Translations under genes and position numbers: made by a program
Shown here: piece by piece, positions 1 through 12,602 of the stretch
Position numbering within the stretch: the stretch's first letter is position 1
Layout of the letters: the number at the start of each line of letters is the position of its first letter
Notes under the pieces: generated by a model
The model's database searches: none
Seen by the model: the letters and a program-made list of their open reading frames with translations, nothing else
Told to the model about the DNA's origin: nothing
Assembly (NCBI RefSeq): GCF_001194135.2
Contig: NC_068981.1
Span: forward strand, 79,887,766 to 79,925,152
Length of the DNA: 37,387 nucleotides
From: Octopus bimaculoides
Lineage: Eukaryota
Direction: 5' to 3'

Positions 1-1026
1 GGTTGTTTTGCCCAGTTGTGGAATCCTGGTACCTCCGTATACAGTGAGGATTCCTTCTTTGACTTTATGCTCATGTATCAAGTGTTCTGGGAACATCTTT
101 TTGTAGAGGTTGACAGGTAAGATATTACTCTGGGCTCCAGTGTCAATCTTTAGCTTCAAGTCAATGTATGTTCGTTTCCTGCCTGACTTCTTCTGAATTT
201 CTATAGTTGTGTATGCCTCATTTTTCTTTTGGTTGTTATTTCCCATTTCATTTATATTTATTATGCCGACTGCCAAGAATTCCTCCTCTGAAGTATTTTC
301 TTTGAGATGTTGGGCATGTATATCTCTTTGTCTTCTTTTTCCACTCCATTTTGAAAATTGGGGCTTATATTTTTTAGACTTTGCTAGTCTGCACATTTTC
401 CCCCAGTGGTTGAGTTTTCCACATGCTTTGCAGTGTGTACCGTATGCAGGACATTTCCTCCTGTCATTGAACTCATGCTCTGTACCACAGTACTGGCATG
501 TTCTCTGTTTGTGGGTATGTTTCATCCCACGTTTTGATACAGTATCTACACTGCTGCCTGTTGTGTTTGGCTTCGAATACTCTTGCAGTGTCTACTGCTT
601 CTGCCAACTTGAGAGCGTCCTTACCGATGAGGGATTTCTGGACTTCTTTATGAGCACACCCCCATATAAGTTGATCAACAAACCTTTCGTCCTTGTGTTT
701 GAATTTGCACTTCTCGGCAACATTCTTTAGTCTGGACAGGAAGTTGTCAATCGTTTCTTGTGGGTATTGTTTCAGGCCCTGGAATTCATATCTATGAATT
801 CTATGGTTTGATCTGGGCTCTAGGTGCCTTTCAAATTTCTTTAAAAGTATGTCTGGATTATTGCAATCCGATTCTGACATGTCCCAACTATTGAATAGGT
901 CTAGGCCCTTCTCTCCCGTCCATAAAAGGATGTAGCTTACCTTTTCATCAGCAGTTGCACCTTTCAGGAAACTTTTGAAAGCTAGTTGGGTTTTCTGTTT
1001 GAATTTCTGGAATGCTTCCACGATAT
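1..1026 (-). mobile_element. Ty3/Gypsy LTR retrotransposon gag-protease region, frameshifted; continues past the window start
   Basis: Minus-strand translation gives a gag capsid-like segment (EKVSYILLWTGEKGLDLFNSW...KQYPQETIDNFLSRLKNVAEKCKF), Cys/His knuckle-like motifs near 380-500 (CQYCGTEH, CKACGKLNHW) and an aspartyl protease motif LKIDTGAQSNI near 120-160. A frameshift near 520-580 ends the tracked ORF. Confidence 0.9.
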
Positions 1027-1476
1027 NNNNNNNNNNNNNNNNNNNNNNNNNNNNNNNNNNNNNNNNNNNNNNNNNNNNNNNNNNNNNNNNNNNNNNNNNN
1101 NNNNNNNNNNNNNNNNNNNNNNNNNNNNNNNNNNNNNNNNNNNNNNNNNNNNNNNNNNNNNNNNNNNNNNNNNNNNNNNNNNNNNNNNNNNNNNNNNNNN
1201 NNNNNNNNNNNNNNNNNNNNNNNNNNNNNNNNNNNNNNNNNNNNNNNNNNNNNNNNNNNNNNNNNNNNNNNNNNNNNNNNNNNNNNNNNNNNNNNNNNNN
1301 NNNNNNNNNNNNNNNNNNNNNNNNNNNNNNNNNNNNNNNNNNNNNNNNNNNNNNNNNNNNNNNNNNNNNNNNNNNNNNNNNNNNNNNNNNNNNNNNNNNN
1401 NNNNNNNNNNNNNNNNNNNNNNNNNNNNNNNNNNNNNNNNNNNNNNNNNNNNGCACTGTTTTTGATTAGTATTTAT

Positions 1477-1487
1477 CGCTGCCACCA
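1477..1487 (-). other. Primer binding site (TGGTGGCAGCG) of the Gypsy element
   Basis: Directly follows the LTR-terminal CA on the minus strand. Complementary to ...CGCTGCCACCA, the 3' end of metazoan tRNA-Leu(AAG/UAG) as I recall it. Confidence 0.75.
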
Positions 1488-1737
1488 TGTTATGTATTCT
1501 TTTGTTCTTTATGGGATAATAAACAACTCACTGAAGGCATTGTTATATTTCTACGTGCTTACTTTATTTGACATGTTTACAAACAGTGTCTATAGCGGAG
1601 TGATACACGCTGTGCGTATCTGCCTTAAACACAGTTCATACTACTTAGTAGATGCGCTTAACAAAATAGTACTACTAGTGAAGATGTATTCATATATACG
1701 TATACCTACGCATGCACATAGATGTGAATATATAACA
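1488..1737 (-). mobile_element. 5' LTR (~250 bp) of the Gypsy element
   Basis: Inverted termini TGTTAT (1488) and ATAACA (1737), minus-strand AATAAA at 1563-1568, and an adjacent PBS. Confidence 0.75.
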
Positions 1738-2471
1738 TTTTTTATTATGTTGTTAATTGTTCTACTGTTTCTTAATATATAATTTGTTGAAAGGTGATAG
1801 AGAGAGAGACTAATGTCTTTATTGCAACTATTAACCTTTTACAGACTTTATAGTATGTGATGCCAACACACTTTATGGCCTGCATTCTTTTTGAAGGCTG
1901 GGGATGAACAAAAGGTTATACCACCTGACATTCAAAGAATATAAAACCGCAAATAGAAAGTTAGTGAGTGACTACTAAAATGATTCCGGCTTGTGTTCGG
2001 TAATAGTTTAATAAACTGTTGAATGCGAGCGAAGTAGTGCAAGAAGTAAGCTCCCGAGTAACCAAGGCTGTAGTGTGGTTTCTATTCCCGGTTGTTCTTG
2101 TCTTCCTCTCAATCCATTTTTCTTACACATTTGATTCTCTTGAGAAACTATGAATGTCATATCACCCAATAAAGATAAAAATATGTTTGTTATCTCTGAC
2201 AAGTGTCAGAATTTTAATTGACTTTATACATTTATACATAACCTCAGAAACAGTTGTAGGAAACTAAAGGGAATATATGCAGTAATAAAAAAAATGAATA
2301 AAATTTTATTTTTCCTCTAGTTCTCATATACAAACAGTGAGGTGTGCGTAACGTATTTTGAGAATGTACATAAGTATTTTCTTTGCTTTACAAAGACAAT
2401 CGAATTATTTGTGCTGTAGAAGGTGTTTGTATATATTTTCATGTTTATAAGGATAATATATACAAACAGAT

Positions 2472-4527
2472 CCAGGAGGCTTTCAGTGTCGAGATGCAGA
2501 ATAGATTTCTACCGCTTCTCCAATCATACGATAACGGGGAGTGGAGATCAGACGCACTGGGAGAAAATGGTCAACATCACAAAGGAAGTTCCAGAGAGGA
2601 ATATTCTCAAAAGACGGACTCTGAAGAGGCCGTGGCTATCAGACGACACACTAGACGTTGCAAGAAGAAGGAGGAAAGCAAAAGCAAGTGGAAAATCAGG
2701 AATGGAGAGAACTTGACAAGCAGTACAACAGACAGGCACTAGAGGACAAGAGCAACCATCAGGAAGAGATATGTCTGGAGGCGGAAGATGCGTCACAGAA
2801 AGGAGACATCAAGTCTGTTTTTCGTTTGGTGAAGGAATTGAGTAGAAAGAGGAAGCGGACTCCACGTAGTGACGTCATCAACGATAAAGAAGGTAACATC
2901 CTGACAGAGGAAGAGGACATCAAAGCTAGGTGGAGGGAATACAGCACCGATTTGTACAGAAGGATGCAGGAAGATCACCCCGCTGCACTCGCTGTAGCCG
3001 AAGACAGAGAACCGGAACCAATCAAAGAAGAAGTGAGGCAGGCGCTGTACCATACCAAGAACGGGAAGAGCCCTGGCGTGGATGAACTTCCCATCGAGGT
3101 ATGAAAGGCGACGGGAGATATTGGGATAGAACTGTTGTGGAGACTGTGTGTCAAGATCTGGAACGACGTGGAGTGGCCGATCGACTAGTGTCATGCAGTC
3201 TTCATACCAATACCAAAAAAAAAGGCAACCCGCGCGAGTGCTCTAACCACCGAACCATCAGTCTTATTGTCAACGCAAGCAAGATCCTGCTGCGAATCAT
3301 CGTAGGTAGACTGCAGCGGAAATATAGCAGTCATCGCTGAGGAACAAGCCAGCTTCGTCAAGGGCAGATGAACAAGGGAAAAAATAGTCAACATCAGGAT
3401 GATGATCGAGAAGTTTAAGGAATGTAACATCTCACTTTACGTGTGTTTCATCGACTACTCTAAGGCCTTCGACTGTGCGAGACACAGCAAGCTGTGGGAC
3501 GTTATGAAGGACATGGGATTTCCTGAACACTGAGTCGCACTGTTGGCGCGACTATATCAAGATCAACAGTCGTCTGTCAGGACGTCCGTCGGTGACACTG
3601 AGTGGTTCGGCATTGAGAAGGGTGTCCGACAGGGATGTGTTCTGTCTCTATATCTGTACAACATCTATGCAGAAAACATCATAAGAGCGGTGAAGGAGAA
3701 CTGCGATGGTGGTGTGCAGATTGGCAGAGAAAGGCTGTGCAATCTGAGATACGTCGATGACACAACCCTCATAAGTAACAGCAAGGACGAATTGCTGCAG
3801 ATGATACCCAAAGTGAAAGACATGAGTGCACAAAATGACCTATTCCTGAATGTAAAGAAGACAAAGATCTTGGCGGTGGATAAGTACAGGACAGACCAAG
3901 CTGATTTCACCGTAGACGGAGAGATAATTCAGGAAGTGGGTGATTTTGTGTACTTGGGATCCACAATCAGCACCAGTGGATCAAGTACACCAGAGATACG
4001 GAGAAGGCTCGCGATAGCGAGGCAAGCGGTACAATATATGGAGAACATCTGGAAGAGTCGTGGCGTGTCAATGCTGCTGAGGGCTACTTCGGGCTGCCGC
4101 TTTCTCTATTGCGACGTACGGCTACTAGTCGTGGACAATGTTGAAGGCAGACGAGAAAAGAGTGAGCGCTTTTGAAATGTGGTGTTACCGCAGAATCCTT
4201 AGAGTGTCGTGGATAGAGAGAATGACGAACAACTGGGTACTAGAAAAGCTCTGTTGCGAGATGACGCTTCGGCGAAACATCATGAAGCAGAAACTACGGT
4301 TCTTTGGCCACGTCATGCGCCGGGATGGACTTGAGCGAATGATCATAACTGGCAAGGTGAACGGCAGACGTAAAAGAGGCAAACCACCCACTTCTTGGCT
4401 GAAAGACATCACAGCCACATGATTGTCTTTATTCTCAGCTGTCTATGGGGTAGAGGACAGGAGAAGATGGCAAGACATCGTGATGACCACAGTATCGCAT
4501 AGTGCGACACCTGACTAGAAGAAGAAG
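2472..4527 (+). mobile_element. RTE-clade (BovB-like) LINE, 5'-truncated and degenerate, with 12-bp TSD
   Basis: RT motifs KSPGVDELPIE, CSNHRTISL, FIDYSKAFD, GVRQGCVLS and LRYVDD, with C-terminal FEMWCYRRILRVSW...FFGHVMRR across frameshifts and stops. Short (GAA)n tail. Exact direct repeat ATACAAACAGAT at 2460-2471 and 4528-4539. Confidence 0.95.
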
Positions 4528-5551
4528 ATACAAACAGATAATAGCCGACATTAAGGAGGAAAACTGTTTTTAGATAGTAAAGGAATAAAAAAAAACATTG
4601 GGTAACAATTTCTCGTTCAGTTAAACTTGTCTCGTGATTTGAGATAGCCGATTCTATTCAGTCGATGCAAAGAGGAAATTGCTAAAAGGTGCAACACTGG
4701 AGGGAAGGAATACATTTACATAAACACAAGACAAATCTTGTGACGCAGAAGCGAAATTCATCTCCAAAACATCTAATCTAGAAGTGGCACGTAAACGTTA
4801 TATAGGCATATGGAAAGGAAATTTAAGACTAAATATTTTTTATACGTATAAAATAAAAAGGAACACAATAAAATTAGCCGACTGCATTTGGCAATTAAAT
4901 GACAAAAGATGTGATAGGTGCACATCAGAGAAAAGAAAATTGCCAAAAACATATTTAAGTAAGACTTCCATTTGAACGTTATTTTCCCATCATAGATGCA
5001 AGTTATTTTCCCCGAAAATTCTTGAGGAGAACAGCCCGTATCTACTATCTATAAGCCATTAAGCTTACCAGAAGCAAACGTGTTTGCGCGCGCACGCACA
5101 CACACACACACATTGTTAGAGAGAGAAAAGAATGTTCTGGTACAGACTGTAATGCATATGGAAAATGCCAGGTAACTAAAGAAGGCGCAAAAGTTCTTAG
5201 CGGAAAAAGAAACTGGGGAAAAGTGATAGAAGACTGGACCCTATGATGCAGTATCCATAGCATCTGTCTTCAGATGGCAATGCATAAAGTTATTTTATTT
5301 TACAAACTGGATTATTTAGGACTCTAGAGGCCGCGAGCAAGCAAAGTCATTAGAGAACCGGAAAAATTGCCTTGTGACATTTGTTCCGGCTCTAAAACGA
5401 AACATTGCCAAATTTGCCATATAAAGTATCAATCAAGTACTAAGATCGTTATTTTCGTTGATTATTTTAGTTCATTTATCTCAATGTCTTTTTATAACAA
5501 CGCCAACTAATTCAAAACTTTCTAAGTTACTGCGCATTTGCTTGTTGTATC

Positions 5552-5893
5552 TGTAAGGGACGACCGTGCGAACTCATAAAAGGAGCAATGGTGACGAATG
5601 GAAAAAACAGAGGACTCCTTTTATTTAAACGTGTCACACGGTCGAACATACAAATATATATCAAATGATGATATACATGATATGTTATGCGACGATAACA
5701 TAGATGACCAGTAATGAAAGACCACGACCGTATTAGATGAATAACAGAGATATTTATTGTAGCGTTAAAGATGTATGTCTGTGTGAGAGTGTGAATGCGA
5801 CATATAATAACATAATCAAAGACAGGCCGTCATGCAAAGAAAAGTGTGTATGTGGGTGATACATGTGTGTATGTGTATTATTACAGCAGATAG
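5552..5893 (-). mobile_element. Partial LTR related to the solo LTR at 9195-9942; other end presumably in the gap
   Basis: Begins TGTAAGGG like the 9195 LTR. Shares the GACAGGCCGTCATG block (5821-5834) and has a minus-strand AATAAA at a similar position, followed by TG-rich sequence. Confidence 0.55.
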
Positions 5894-6839
5894 NNNNNNN
5901 NNNNNNNNNNNNNNNNNNNNNNNNNNNNNNNNNNNNNNNNNNNNNNNNNNNNNNNNNNNNNNNNNNNNNNNNNNNNNNNNNNNNNNNNNNNNNNNNNNNN
6001 NNNNNNNNNNNNNNNNNNNNNNNNNNNNNNNNNNNNNNNNNNNNNNNNNNNNNNNNNNNNNNNNNNNNNNNNNNNNNNNNNNNNNNNNNNNNNNNNNNNN
6101 NNNNNNNNNNNNNNNNNNNNNNNNNNNNNNNNNNNNNNNNNNNNNNNNNNNNNNNNNNNNNNNNNNNNNNNNNNNNNNNNNNNNNNNNNNNNNNNNNNNN
6201 NNNNNNNNNNNNNNNNNNNNNNNNNNNNNNNNNNNNNNNNNNNNNNNNNNNNNNNNNNNNNNNNNNNNNNNNNNNNNNNNNNNNNNNNNNNNNNNNNNNN
6301 NNNNNNNNNNNNNNNNNNNNNNNNNNNNNNNNNNNNNNNNNNNNNNNNNNNNNNNNNNNNNNNNNNNNNNNNNNNNNNNNNNNNNNNNNNNNNNNNNNNN
6401 NNNNNNNNNNNNNNNNNNNNNNNNNNNNNNNNNNNNNNNNNNNNNNNNNNNNNNNNNNNNNNNNNNNNNNNNNNNNNNNNNNNNNNNNNNNNNNNNNNNN
6501 NNNNNNNNNNNNNNNNNNNNNNNNNNNNNNNNNNNNNNNNNNNNNNNNNNNNNNNNNNNNNNNNNNNNNNNNNNNNNNNNNNNNNNNNNNNNNNNNNNNN
6601 NNNNNNNNNNNNNNNNNNNNNNNNNNNNNNNNNNNNNNNNNNNNNNNNNNNNNNNNNNNNNNNNNNNNNNNNNNCAGTGTTCCAAGTTTCAAAGTGTTTC
6701 GTTAATGAAAAATGTGGCCCCCGTTTTAAAAAAGATCCCGGAACAGTTCTCAAAGAGAAACTGGACCGAGACGAATTTGGTTGCCGAGTTAAAGCTATTT
6801 ATAACAAACTATAGGCTCCCGATGGCTTCAGAATTTTAC

Positions 6840-6960
6840 TCTATCACGTGACCTTATTAGGGGCCGTGATTGGTCAGTTTGCGTTCTGGCGGGAACGGTT
6901 CGAAGAAGTTGCCGATTCGAATAATGATCAGTCACGTGATGGACAAGGAATGGGTTCTCT
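6840..6960. promoter_or_regulatory. CpG-rich promoter-like cluster (two E-boxes, CCAAT box, E2F-like site)
   Basis: ATCACGTGAC at 6843-6852 and its reverse complement GTCACGTGAT at 6931-6940, GATTGGTCAG (reverse CCAAT) around 6869-6873, and TGGCGGGAA at 6887-6895. Confidence 0.45.
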
Positions 6961-7344
6961 ACTACGCTCGCATTTATTTATATTTAAATGAGAAGATTGT
7001 ATGTAATGGCGATAGTAGTTTTGTATCTAGTGACGATAGGTAGTTTCACTACATATCTTTTTAGAAGCCGTACACAAGGCATCAACGTTTTGACTCCTTT
7101 TTCTTTCCTCGCAGGAACTTTACGCATTACACTGTGTAACAAAATTGTTATTTTTTAATTTTTTAGTCTTTGATCAGGAAGTGTTATTTCCTATTTGCTT
7201 TTATCTAGAAATCAAAGGAAATGGCTACTATTCCCTCCAAACTTTGCTTTTGCATCCTGGACATCAATGTTTTGAAACTGATCTATTTCCCCCTACATTT
7301 TAGACACATTCAGCACTGAGTTGCTGAACCAGAAATATCGTTAT

Positions 7345-7510
7345 AACAAATATTCTGCTCAATACCACAGATTTGCTTATCAATTGCTTGACCTTAACCA
7401 CTTGAACATGTGCCTTCGAAGCCGACGATATGAGCATCTCTGATCATGAGCAAGAGTAGTCGGGGAGCATCATAGCCATGTGTTGAGAAGGATTCTTTGG
7501 GATTTGAAAT
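7345..7510 (-). repeat. Unclassified interspersed repeat fragment
   Basis: Minus-strand ...ATCCTTCTCAACACATGGCTATGATGCTCCCC...TGTGGTATTGAGCAGAATATTTG resembles a high-copy octopus repeat from memory. It is single-copy within this window. Confidence 0.35.
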
Positions 7511-7694
7511 AAATGTAAATAAATGCAATGAAGGAAATATTAGCCATCTTTCATACTTTTTAGGGGTAAGCAAATATAGGAAATAACTGTTGCCACTCAA
7601 GGACAAAAATCGTGTTACACAGTATCATGTGACAAATGTTTTCAATTGTTTTCATGAAATCTTAGTCTAAAGTTTGTCACGTGCCTACAGTTTC

Positions 7695-7940
7695 AATAAG
7701 CCGGAGCTTATCCCAACTTCCATGGTGTATAAATGATACCACTATCAGCCTCACCCCACCTCCGAACGGATGCCAGTCTGTTTCAAAATTATCCCCCGGA
7801 TGCTTGTGCTCGTTTTCAATTGAGCGGTTTGGAACAACATGAAATGAAATGTTTTACCTAAGAACACAACATACCGTCCATTCGAAACCTCTATCTTACG
7901 AACGTGAATTGAACTTCCCTGATGACTAGGCCACACGCCT
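7695..7940 (-). mobile_element. tRNA-derived SINE, family C (degenerate)
   Basis: Minus-strand head AGGCGTGTGGCCTAGT (A-box) and GGTTTCGAAT (B-box-like), then a TTGTGTTCTTAGGTAAAACATTTCATTTCA central block and a GGGATAAGCTCCGGC 3' block. Confidence 0.65.
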
Positions 7941-8354
7941 TTATTCAGATTTTTTTTTTTACCGCTACTAATTTAAAAAATGATTAACAATTAAAAAGGA
8001 GAAAGAATAAATGAATGTCTTAAATTATGAAAGGTCTTCTCTGATAACAGCTGACGATTCATAAACAAATGTCATGAATTTAAATATATTCTGATCACAA
8101 TCATTATTATAGTGATTACCATCCAGCGACCTCGGCTACAACAATTGTCGGGGAAATCCTCTTTAAGAATTGTTCTAGTTTACTGTTTACAATTGAAATG
8201 ACTGTAGCGATAAGGTGCTCGTATTTTATTTTATGTGATAGGAAATTTTATTTTACGCTGTCACTTAGCTCTGTCAGGGATAGGTTAGCTGATAAGCCTT
8301 ATCATGAAAGGTCAACAGAGTCGATTATGAAGCATCCCATCTTTAATAAATAAA

Positions 8355-8630
8355 TGCACCCTCCCTCGTCGTTGTCGCCACCACCGTCGTCATTGTTACC
8401 ACCGACTCCTCGATGCTGCCGTCACAATCACGATCAATCTCTCCCCTCTCCCCATCTCCCCTCTCCCCATCTCCCCTCTCCCCATNNNNNNNNNNNNNNN
8501 NNNNNNNNNNNNNNNNNNNNNNNNNNNNNNNNNNNNNNNNNNNNNNNNNNNNNNNNNNNNNNNNNNNNNCCATCTCCCCTCCCCTCTCCCCTTCCGTCCC
8601 ATCTCCCCTCCCCCTCCCCTCGCTCTCTCT
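8355..8630. repeat. Low-complexity tract and (CCCATCTCCCCTCTC)n-type tandem repeat spanning a gap
   Basis: Direct reading of the 15-nt C/T-rich unit on both sides of gap 8486-8569. Confidence 0.85.
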
Positions 8631-8644
8631 TTTCTACCATCTGT

Positions 8645-9405
8645 CTATGCACTCAAATTGCTGGACTATCTTCCTGTTTGTTGGGTGCATTTGATGCTAA
8701 GCGCAAAACCCATGCTTTTATGTGTCAGTGAAAATGTTGGTAATTGCCAGTGGTTCTTCATTTGCATCATCTGCATACTAAAATTCAGTTATCGATATAG
8801 TAGTGTTTTGTCATTTGGCACGGAGTCTGCCAGGTTAGATAGCTTGCAGCCTGTGTAGTCTGATATCTGGACGGTGGTTACTTGCCCATAGTGAATTCAA
8901 GGAAAGCTAAGGGGAAGATGGAAAAGAACGTAGAAGCAATAATGTGCCCCTGTCTTATTCCATTTCTAATTTGAAGTTACGTTGTGGAAGACTGGCAGGT
9001 TTTATGTTGTAATACAGAAATTGCGCGACAGTCATGTGCTGGCGTGCTTTAAAAGACAGCCACACACGATGGCTTGTGTTGTTCGACGCATTTCTCTTGC
9101 AGCTGACGAGCACAGATCATTTCAAGAGTGCCAGTGAAATGTCGGAAACCAGATTGTGAATCGATTAGGTAAATCATCGATTGTAGGATGAGTCTGTAAG
9201 GGCCGTGTGACGAGAAAGGCTATTTTGTACCACATCACACAGCCGTTACAATAAAGGGAAATTGAATAGCACCAATAATGCCAGATGGAAAGAGACACAA
9301 CCGCATAAGAATGATTAAGAGAACATTTATTGATGTGATAACGTGTGTCTGTGTGTGCGTCATGTATACAGAATAATTGACAGGCCGTCATGAGAACAAA
9401 ATGTA

Positions 9406-9441
<36 letters not shown>

Positions 9442-11410
9442 CATAGATGTTCGCGCGTGTTAACATTTAGGGATGGCAATGAGAAGAAAACAGTGAAAGT
9501 GTCTATAGCCATCGAAGTGAAAAGTAAGTTCATAGACACAAGAAATATAATACCAGTTCGTAGTCAGTCGTACACGATAGTTGAAATACTGTATCAAGAA
9601 GTCACGGCCATGATGCTGAGCCGGTTACAGGTACATGTCGTACGTGAAGTCGTGACTGCGATGCTGCTGCCTGGGTCACTTGCACAGGGGTTCATGCAGG
9701 TTGTGTATTCGCAGTTGATCCGTAGTGAGATAATTCACAATGAACCGTTGGAACCTGGATGAGTTGCTTGCTGAGCTGTGTACGTAGAGAGATGGCGTTG
9801 ATGACGTTGAGAAGGACATGATGGTGGCGACGAAGGAGGAGGTTGCCACAATGCTGTTGAATATCTGGTGACAAAGCTGGTAAGTCAGTGGTGTTGTCGC
9901 TAGCACTGACTGTGTCTTCGTGGTTAGTGGTTACACCTTACAAAGTCTGGAACCAAAGACACCGGAACGACGAAAAGCTGAGTTTTGATAAGAAGATGTA
10001 GGCTAAAACAAGGTAGTAAACAAGCTGTCCCACGTGATCCTATTTAGAGCCTCTGACTGGTTATCCGCGGAAACGCTAGCTGTTCCCTGCTACGTTCGAA
10101 TGCACGTCGATATAATAAATGGGAGAGAGAAATTTCACCCGAATCTACGCTACAAGTCGGTTGAGCCAGAAATTTCATTAGTGGTTGACAAGCAAGATTA
10201 ACCAGTATTTTCCAAAATCCCTCCGTTGTTCCTCCGAAGTCAACTGTTATCTCTTCTGACGTACAAATCAGCTTTGTTTTAAGTATTACATTCCCAAAAT
10301 TCATGTATCTCAACCAAAACTCCATTATACCTGGGTCTCTTGTTTTCAGGGAACGGGTGTTTCCTGCTTTTTCTTTTTTCAATATCAAGTGTCGCAACTA
10401 AGTTGTTCAAACTTGGCTTTTGTGCGATGGTATCCAGATGTATTTCGTTGGTTGCTCAGTCACGATTTAGCAAGTATTTAACTCATTTCCCATTAGTTGT
10501 TGATAGCTGCTTGTACATTTATAAGTTTTGTACCGTCTTTAAATCTGAAGGTTGAACCAATTAAACTAGGGCAATAGATTTTTAGTCTCACTGAAAAACA
10601 TTTATGTCATATAGTCAGTTCCTGAATTTCTAGTGCTTTGGTTTGTCATCGATAGTATTTCATTATACGTACTTGTTTCTGGATATCAACCTCTGCTTGC
10701 TGACAAGTTTTGCCTTTTGCGCTCATTCTTCTTGCCGTTTACATTAGCATGAAAACCTGCTTTCTTTCTGTAACTGCTTTATTTGGACGTTGTTCTTACC
10801 AAATCAATTTTCTTTTTTGTCGTTAAACCCAATAACTCCTGACAAACTCCAGAGCATGCCACGTATTTTCAATAGCGTCCCATTTCGTCAAACTGATGAC
10901 AGTTTATCAGCTAAGCACTGCCTTAAGAACACATCCTTGCAATTTCGGATCCGTGCGATGTCATAGTCAAACATACACCAGTTCTTTGATTCTGGATGTT
11001 GTCAGCAACACTCTGTTTCCTTGTCAGAATAATGGGATGGTGATTAGAAAATTGTGCTCTTCACATTTACTTAAAACGTAATGGCATTTGAGTTAGCCTT
11101 TCCCATATCCTCTTTTCTGTTTGTGTCATTTCAAATTCGAATCTGACATTGAGATTTCTTGATGTTTTGGTTAGGACGCAGTATAAGTTAACGCAAACTT
11201 CCTTTTTAACTTAGGCTTCTGCGTTTGCGTTATGTATCGGCTGCATACGTACCGATGACAGTCGCGTATCTGGACGGGTCTGCAAGCATTATGTGGATAG
11301 TAGTCATTAATCTTTCATTAATGCCAATAGGTAGTTCTTGTAGCCTGTCGACTAGATCGTCGCGAAGTACAAAGCTTGTCATTGTCGTTTAACAACCACG
11401 TCAACAACAC
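8645..11410 (-). mobile_element. Old RTE-clade LINE (APE endonuclease plus RT), heavily decayed and interrupted by a solo LTR
   Basis: Minus-strand fragments in colinear RTE order: LPIGINERLMT...YATVIGTYA (~11240-11340), QHPESKNWCMFDYDIAR (~10950-11000), SQSGFR...ARQLQEKCVEQHKP (~9060-9170), NGIRQGHIIASTFFSIF (~8910-8960) and RLRAK...YADDA (~8765-8830). Confidence 0.85.
9195..9942 (-). mobile_element. Solo LTR (748 bp) with 5-bp TSD and an internal (TG)n tract
   Basis: Inverted termini TGTAAGG (9195) and CCTTACA (9942), flanks GAGTC and AAGTC (one mismatch), and minus-strand AATAAA near 9325-9330. Removing it restores the RTE reading GSRLILQSMIYLIDSQSGFR. Confidence 0.85.
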
Positions 11411-11994
11411 TATTAGGAATATAATACTTTGGAACTCCAGACCGTGGACTGTTAAGGTCTGTAAATAAATAAATAAATTAGTAACAATGAAATTTCAATA
11501 AAACGCTAGTCAAATCTTTAATGTTAGAGTCACACATGATAAGTTCGATAGAGATGTAGTTTGCTGGTTCTTGTTTCACTGGCGTATACTGATGTGTCTG
11601 TTAATCGCATGAGGCAGGTTATCTAACTATAAATGGGTATCCCCAGGGGGAAATCTTGTCACTGTACAGAGCAGCAACAGTAGAAACACTTTATCCAAGT
11701 CACCATCACCACCACACATCATCTTCACTCCCCACCACCACCACCAACAACAACTCTACTACCACCACCCCTGTATCATTCATTCATTCGTTATTAGCAA
11801 TAGAAGCAGTATCAATATAGACCATGAATATAATGTCGGAGAGCCAGAATACTGCTGTATTCGTCTTGAAAAAATATCTCTTATAGATTTGTAGTGCTAA
11901 CACGCATAAAAGTATCAGTAGCAGACGATAAGTTACTCTACTGTTAAGAATAAAAAGGGCACATTCACTTACATATTTTATACATGGGCGAAAT

Positions 11995-12003
11995 GCACGC
12001 ACG

Positions 12004-12068
<65 letters not shown>

Positions 12069-12425
12069 NNNNNNNNNNNNNNNNNNNNNNNNNNNNNNNN
12101 NNNNNNNNNNNNNNNNNNNNNNNNNNNNNNNNNNNNNNNNNNNNNNNNNNNNNNNNNNNNNNNNNNNNNNNNNNNNNNNNNNNNNNNNNNNNNNNNNNNN
12201 NNNNNNNNNNNNNNNNNNNNNNNNNNNNNNNNNNNNNNNNNNNNNNNNNNNNNNNNNNNNNNNNNNNNNNNNNNNNNNNNNNNNNNNNNNNNNNNNNNNN
12301 NNNNNNNNNNNNNNNNNNNNNNNNNNNNNNNNNNNNNNNNNNNNNNNNNNNNNNNNNNNNNNNNNNNNNNNNNNNNNNNNNNNNNNNNNNNNNNNNNNNN
12401 NNNNNNNNNNNNNNNNNNNNNNNNN

Positions 12426-12485
<60 letters not shown>

Positions 12486-12503
12486 CACACATACACACAC
12501 ACA
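11995..12503. repeat. (CA)n microsatellite spanning a gap
   Basis: Direct reading. Confidence 0.95.
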
Positions 12504-12602
12504 CTGTCTACCCAATTCACTTACAAGGCTTAGTAGAAAATACTTGCCCAAGATGTCACGCAATAGGATGAACCCGAAACCAAATGGTTGCAAAGCGAGC
12601 TT
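12504..12602 (-). mobile_element. SINE family B fragment
   Basis: Shares CACTTACAAGGCTT...AGTAGAAAA(T/C)ACTTGCCCAAG with the copy at 15675-15840. Confidence 0.6.

Noticed and set aside
2008-2202. Minus-strand ORF with a hydrophobic C-terminus as a host exon
   Set aside because: No recognisable homology and no frame-compatible partner exon was identified.
5754-6851. Long ORFs made of X runs (also at 975-1782, 11784-12632 and 21488-22547)
   Set aside because: They are open only because N gaps contain no stop codons.
8110-8200. Short open minus-strand frame (KLEQFLKRISPTIVVAEVAG)
   Set aside because: Weak splice sites and no homology, so it is compatible with chance.
9409-9762. 117-aa plus-strand ORF
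   Set aside because: It lies inside the solo LTR, starts in a microsatellite and has no domain signature.
11340-11480. Plus-strand CR1/L2-like 3' end (…ILWNS… plus (TAAA)n)
   Set aside because: The minus strand gives a much clearer RTE endonuclease match up to ~11400. Only ~40 nt before the (TAAA)n remain unexplained, which is too little to call.
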